From Desulfotalea psychrophila LSv54 (GTDB lineage: Bacteria > Desulfobacterota > Desulfobulbia > Desulfobulbales > Desulfocapsaceae): 32,000 nucleotides of DNA. The notes beneath the pieces are model-generated. The model saw nothing but the letters and a program-made list of their open reading frames with translations. It was not told where the DNA came from and made no database searches. A program made the position numbers and the translations under genes. Of the stretch, positions 28,197 through 32,000 are shown piece after piece. The stretch is taken from assembly GCF_000025945.1 (NCBI RefSeq), contig NC_006138.1, positions 720,001 through 752,000 of the forward strand. The letters are read 5' to 3'. Within the stretch, counting starts at the first letter, position 1; the number at the start of each line of letters is the position of its first letter.

Positions 28197-28225
28197 TTGC
28201 CTCTACCTATCTACAAAGCTACATT
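28197..28225 (+). promoter_or_regulatory. candidate sigma70 promoter reading into the tandem array
   Basis: TTGCCT (28197-28202), an exactly 17-nt spacer, then TACATT (28220-28225). This is a hexamer match only. Confidence 0.35.
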
Positions 28226-28235
28226 TGTCGACGAG

Positions 28236-28540
28236 CCAATAAACGCATGTGCAAACGCCAAACTGGAGAAGGCGCTATGTACATGTGTATAAACGGCAAG
28301 CGGGAAAAGAGGTCGTGTACAGATGTACAAACCCCGAAAACTTGAGTTGGCGGACAATATACAGATGTATAAAGCTAGAAAACTTGAGGAGACGGCCAAT
28401 ATACATCTGTACATTGATCAAAAACCTGAGGAGATGGCCAATATACATCTGTACACAGGTCAAAAACTTGAGGAGATGGCCAATATACAGACCTACAAAG
28501 GCTCAAAGCTTGGGGAAATGGTTTATTTACGAGATATAAG
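28236..28540 (+). repeat. tandem array of about 8 units (period 42 bp, outer units 38 bp and degenerate), each with a 14-bp palindromic core
   Basis: Cores lie at 28240 (TAAACGcaTGTGCA), 28278 (TGTACAtgTGTATA), 28316 (TGTACAgaTGTACA), 28358 (TATACAgaTGTATA), 28400 and 28442 (TATACAtcTGTACA), 28484 (TATACAgaCCTACA) and about 28524 (degenerate). The units starting at 28397 and 28439 are 38/42 identical. The consensus is caatatacatctgtacaNNgRtcaaaaacttgaggagatggc. Confidence 0.9.
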
Positions 28541-28556
28541 CTCTCAAATAGAGAAA

Positions 28557-28586
28557 GGCGACATGATCTTCATGTCGCCTTTTTTT
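28557..28586 (+). terminator. strong rho-independent terminator, best on the plus strand and also usable by fdhA
   Basis: Stem ggcgacatga / tcatgtcgcc (10 bp) with loop tct, followed by 7 T on the plus strand. On the minus strand the hairpin is followed by the weaker tttctctattt. Confidence 0.8.
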
Positions 28587-28589
28587 CTT

Positions 28590-31253
28590 CTAAAGCTTGT
28601 TTATCTGCACTGCACAGATCTTAGTCCCCGGTGTCTTGGCCACGGGATCAAGGGCACCCGAGGTCAGCATATTGGTCGGAGTTTCGGAAAAGTGAAAGGA
28701 CATGGATACGCTACCGGGACGACATGAGTCATTAATTTCGACAGCCACCTTAACAGCCCCCCTGCGGGAACGAACCTCCACAATCTCGCCATCCGTCAGT
28801 GAAAATTTTTCTGCATCCTCTGGGTGAATAATAAGATTTTCTCCGCGATCAAGGACATTGAGGCCAAATACCCTTCTGGTCATGGTTCCATGAAAGTGAA
28901 AGAGGCTGCGGTCCGTGTTGAGGAGAAGTGGATATTTCTTATCCACCTGTTCCGTGGTTTTTCTCGTCTTCAGGGGCATAAAACGTGCCCTGCCGTTGGC
29001 TGTGGCAAAACGCTCGGCATGGAGGAACTTGGTGCCCGGATGATCGGTGCTGGGACATGGCCACTGCAGGGTGCCATGCTGGAGTCGGTCATAGTTAATT
29101 CCCGCATAGTTGGGAATAGTGGCGGAAATCTCTTCCATGATCTGTTCCGGTCCCTCATGGTCAAAGCCCTTTGCTCCCATCCTTGTCGCAATCTCTTTAA
29201 TGATCCACCAATCGGGCCGTGAATCACCCACCGGTTCAATTGCCTGGCGTACCCGTTGCACCCGTCGTTCGGTGTTGGTGAAGGTACCGTCCTTTTCTGC
29301 AAAGCTGCTGGCGGGTAAGATGACGTCTGCCAGTTCAGCTGTCTCAGAAAAGAAGATGTCTTGAACTACCAGGAATTTTGCCCTGTTCATGGCCTCGATG
29401 GCATGGCTGGCATTGGCCTCACTGAGTACGGGGTTTTCACCGATGAGATAAACGGATTTGATGGAGCCATCGTAGAGGCCGTCAAAGATCTCTGTATGGG
29501 TCTTGCCCGGCACTGCGGAAAGCGATGTCTGCCACTTCTCTTCAAAGGCTGCCGTGTTGTTGACAACTTTTTGATAGCCTGGATAGACGTCGGGGAGGGC
29601 TCCCATATCACAGGATCCCTGCACATTGTTTTGCCCGCGCAGGGGATTAACGCCCGTTGACTCCTTGCCTACGTTTCCGGTAAGTAGGGCGAGATTACTG
29701 GTGGCAAGAACATTGTCGGTGCCGTGTACATGTTGGGTGATGCCCATGCAGTAGAGAATTGTGGCAGGTGACTCTGTTGCGTAGCAGAGGGCTGCCTCTC
29801 GGATTGTTTCGGCTGGGATTCCTGTGAGTTCTGCCACATCCTCCAGTTCGAATTGTTGCAGGGAGGCGAGGAAGGCAGGGTAGTTTTCACAGCGTTCTTC
29901 GATGAACTCCTTATCAATCAGGTCTTCCTCTACGATAATGCGCATCATTGTCATCAGCAGTGGAATGTCGGAACCCGGGGTATTCTGCAGGAAGATATGG
30001 GCATGTTTACAGAGATCAATTCTTTTCGGATTGATAACAATCAGCTTTGCGCCTCGGCGAACAGCATCCTTTATCTGCAGGGCGATAATTGGATGGGCGG
30101 CGGTGGTATTGGTACCAATCGCCAGGATTACCTGAGCATCGCCAATTTCGGCAATGGAGTTTGTCATTGCGCCGCTTCCAAAAGCAGTGGCCAGACCGGC
30201 CACGGTGGGAGCGTGTCACAAACGGGCGCAGTGATCTATATTGTTGGTTTTCATCACCGTGCGGGTAAATTTTTGCAGGAGGTAGTTTTCCTCGTTGGTG
30301 CATTTGGCAGAGGAGACTGCGGCAAAGCTATCACCCTTGTTCTTGGCAAAATTGTCGGCAATGAGATCAAGGGCCTCATCCCAGCTTACCGGCACAAAAC
30401 CTTCGGGCCTGCGCACCATGGGGGTGGTGAGTCGTTCCTTTGAGTTGACATAGTTAAAACCAAAGCGGCCCTTAACGCAGAGGCGGCCCCTATTGGCTGG
30501 ATTACCATGTTCGCCCCGGGCGCTTACTATCTTGTTATCGCGTACCCCCAGATCAAGTCCACATCCACAGCCACAGTAGGCGCAGACGGTTTTAACCCAG
30601 TGGCTCGGCTTAACATAATCTTTTTCAGTAAGGGCTCCCACCGGACAGCGGGCAACACATTCTCCGCAGGATTCGCAGTTAGAGAGGATCCTGGCCTTGT
30701 CGCCAAAACCGGCTACCTTGGTTGTCAGACCACGGTAGGCAAAGTCGATGGCGTTGATGTTTTGCAATTCGTCACAGGTACGTATGCAGATACCGCAGAG
30801 CACGCATCTATTGGGATCGAAGTCAAAAAACGGGTTGGAGTCATCTATGGGCAGAAGTACCTCCGGCTTTTTCAGGCGAGCCAGATGTTTTTTGTTCACC
30901 CCGATATAGTCTGCTGCCTGCTGGAGTTTGCAGGTGGTGTTGCGGGCACAGGCCAGACAGTCCATGTCATGGTCGGCAATGAGCAGTTCAATGGCAATTT
31001 TTCGGGTTTTGGCAATTGTCTCTGTCTCTGTCTCAATGACCATGCCTTCTTCCACGGGGGTCTTGCAGGAGAGGGCATCCCAACGACCGTTTACCCGCAC
31101 GGTGCAGAGGCGACAGGCTCCCACTGGTTCGAGATCGTTATGGTAGCAGAGATGGGGGATATAGATTCCCTTCTGCAGGGCAGCCTGGAGGACATAGCTC
31201 CCCTCGGGGGCAGTTACGGAACGGCCGTTAATCGTTAGTGTTACTTTCTTCAT
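28590..31253 (-). CDS. fdhA: formate dehydrogenase catalytic subunit, selenocysteine-containing, with a NuoG-like N-terminal Fe-S extension (NAD(P)-linked type)
   Basis: Track ORFs 30216..31253 and 28590..30203 are in the same frame, separated only by TGA (30218-30216). The junction reads HCARL-U-HAPTVAGLATAFGSGAM, the conserved Sec/Cys active-site block of Mo/W formate dehydrogenases. The N-terminus has a 2Fe-2S motif (CRLCTV), HDMDCLAC, two CxxCxxCxxxCP motifs and CAYCGCGCG. The total is 887 codons. Confidence 0.92.
30174..30215 (-). promoter_or_regulatory. bacterial SECIS element directing Sec insertion at the fdhA UGA
   Basis: The mRNA after the UGA reads CACGCUCCCACC-GUGGCC-GGUCU-GGCCAC-UGCUUUUGGAAGC. 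A 6-bp apical stem (30203-30198 with 30192-30187) starts 12 nt after the UGA. Its GGUCU loop resembles the E. coli fdhF SECIS loop as I recall it. A lower stem GCUCCCA/UGGAAGC has one mismatch. Confidence 0.8.
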
Positions 31254-31256
31254 ATA

Positions 31257-32000
31257 TTATTCTCCCAACCCATTACCGGGGATGCAGCTAACTGCGGCCC
31301 ATTTTTTCGGACATTTTTCCAGACAAACTCCGCAACGGATACAGAGTGCTTGGTCGATTTGATGTACCTGTCTCTTTTCGCCACTGATGGCCGAGACAGG
31401 GCAGGCCCTGGCGCAGGCAGTACAGCCTGTGCATTTTTCAGGGTCGATGTGAAAAGAGATAAGGTCTTTGCATGCACATGCGGGACAGGCCTTGTCGCGG
31501 ATATGAGCCTCGTACTCGTCTCTAAAATATTTAATGGTGGTGAGAACGGGGTTTGCTGCACTCTTGCCCAGTCCGCAGAGAGAACCAGCGTTAACTGCCT
31601 CGCCCACCTCAAGAAGTAGCTCTATGTCTCCCTCTTTGCCGCGACCGGCGACAATATCTTCAAGGATGTTGAGCATCTGTTTGGTGCCAAGCTTGCAGAG
31701 GGTGCACTGGCCGCAGGACTCTTTTTGGGTGAAATCGAGAAAATATCGGGCAATGTCCACCATACAGGTTGACTCATCCATGACCACCAGTCCACCGGAG
31801 CCCATCATGGCCCCGGCAGAAACCAGAGAGTCATAATCCACAGGGGTATCAAGGGTGTGGGCGGGAAGGCAGCCACCGGAGGGGCCACCGGATTGAATGG
31901 CCTTGAAGGGACTTTCACCGACCATCCCACCACCCAGCTCAAAGACGATTTCACGCAGGGTGGTGCCCATGGGGACTTCGATGAGTCCGCAGTGCTTGAC
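31257..32000 (-). CDS. NuoF/HydB-like NAD(P)H-binding flavoprotein (diaphorase subunit of the FDH complex), 5' end outside the window
   Basis: The frame stays open upstream of the track Met (VKHCGLIEVP-MGTTLREIV). It carries the NuoF 4Fe-4S block ESCGQCTLCKLG and a C-terminal 2x[4Fe-4S] ferredoxin domain (CTGCTACARACP, CIRCGVCLEKCP). It ends 3 nt before the fdhA ATG. Confidence 0.9.
   Translation of the reverse strand, partial: VKHCGLIEVPMGTTLREIVFELGGGMVGESPFKAIQSGGPSGGCLPAHTLDTPVDYDSLVSAGAMMGSGGLVVMDESTCMVDIARYFLDFTQKESCGQCTLCKLGTKQMLNILEDIVAGRGKEGDIELLLEVGEAVNAGSLCGLGKSAANPVLTTIKYFRDEYEAHIRDKACPACACKDLISFHIDPEKCTGCTACARACPVSAISGEKRQVHQIDQALCIRCGVCLEKCPKKWAAVSCIPGNGLGE

Noticed and set aside
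28236-28540. CRISPR array interpretation of the tandem repeats
   Set aside because: The period is 42 bp with whole units homologous to each other. There is no alternation of conserved repeats with unique 30-40-bp spacers, and no cas genes or leader are present.
28157-28727. Protein-coding reading of the repeat region (track ORFs 28157..28345, 28249..28539 and 28323..28727 on +, 28211..28414 and 28275..28463 on -), including a multi-core peptide idea from ANIHLYxxQKLEEM x4
   Set aside because: Five frames are open at once, which is the expected artefact of a stop-poor tandem repeat. The longest ORF runs through the intrinsic terminator and into fdhA antisense. No RBS has proper spacing and there are no neighbouring maturation genes.

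Overview
The window looks like ordinary bacterial chromosome. Gene content suggests a Desulfobulbales-type deltaproteobacterium, but that is inference only. Most of it is housekeeping and I see no defence island or new multi-gene system. Left to right: a secreted alpha/beta hydrolase (partial); a tRNA-Asn/tRNA-Pro operon; a YdfG-like SDR; an ADP-forming acetyl-CoA synthetase followed by a CoA-transferase::Pat-type GNAT fusion; cimA; mdh; a DUF1456 gene; a PilZ-like gene; a decayed IS1182-like transposase relic; minCDE; nhaA; a small acidic hypothetical; an EamA transporter. Then comes a nucleobase and nucleoside salvage neighbourhood: upp, a frame-disrupted uracil permease, a divergent transketolase-like gene, DUF2293, and a BMP-type ABC transporter with gpt embedded in it. 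The window ends with the 3' part of a formate dehydrogenase operon, a NuoF-like diaphorase (partial) and a selenocysteine fdhA that the ORF track splits at an in-frame TGA. The most unusual locus is the 590-bp convergent gap between the ABC ATPase gene and fdhA (28000-28589). A degenerate second copy of the fdhA 3' end sits 463 bp from the real one. The two copies bracket about 8 tandem 38-42-bp units, each with a TGTACA/TATACA-type palindromic core and a GGA motif. A sigma70-like promoter precedes the array and a strong plus-strand intrinsic terminator follows it. I cannot assign this module a function. Candidates are a repeat-module sRNA or a phased protein-binding array. Other points worth a second look are the CoA-transferase::Pat-GNAT fusion, the permease disruption behind three stacked terminators, and a terminator between cimA and mdh that points the wrong way.
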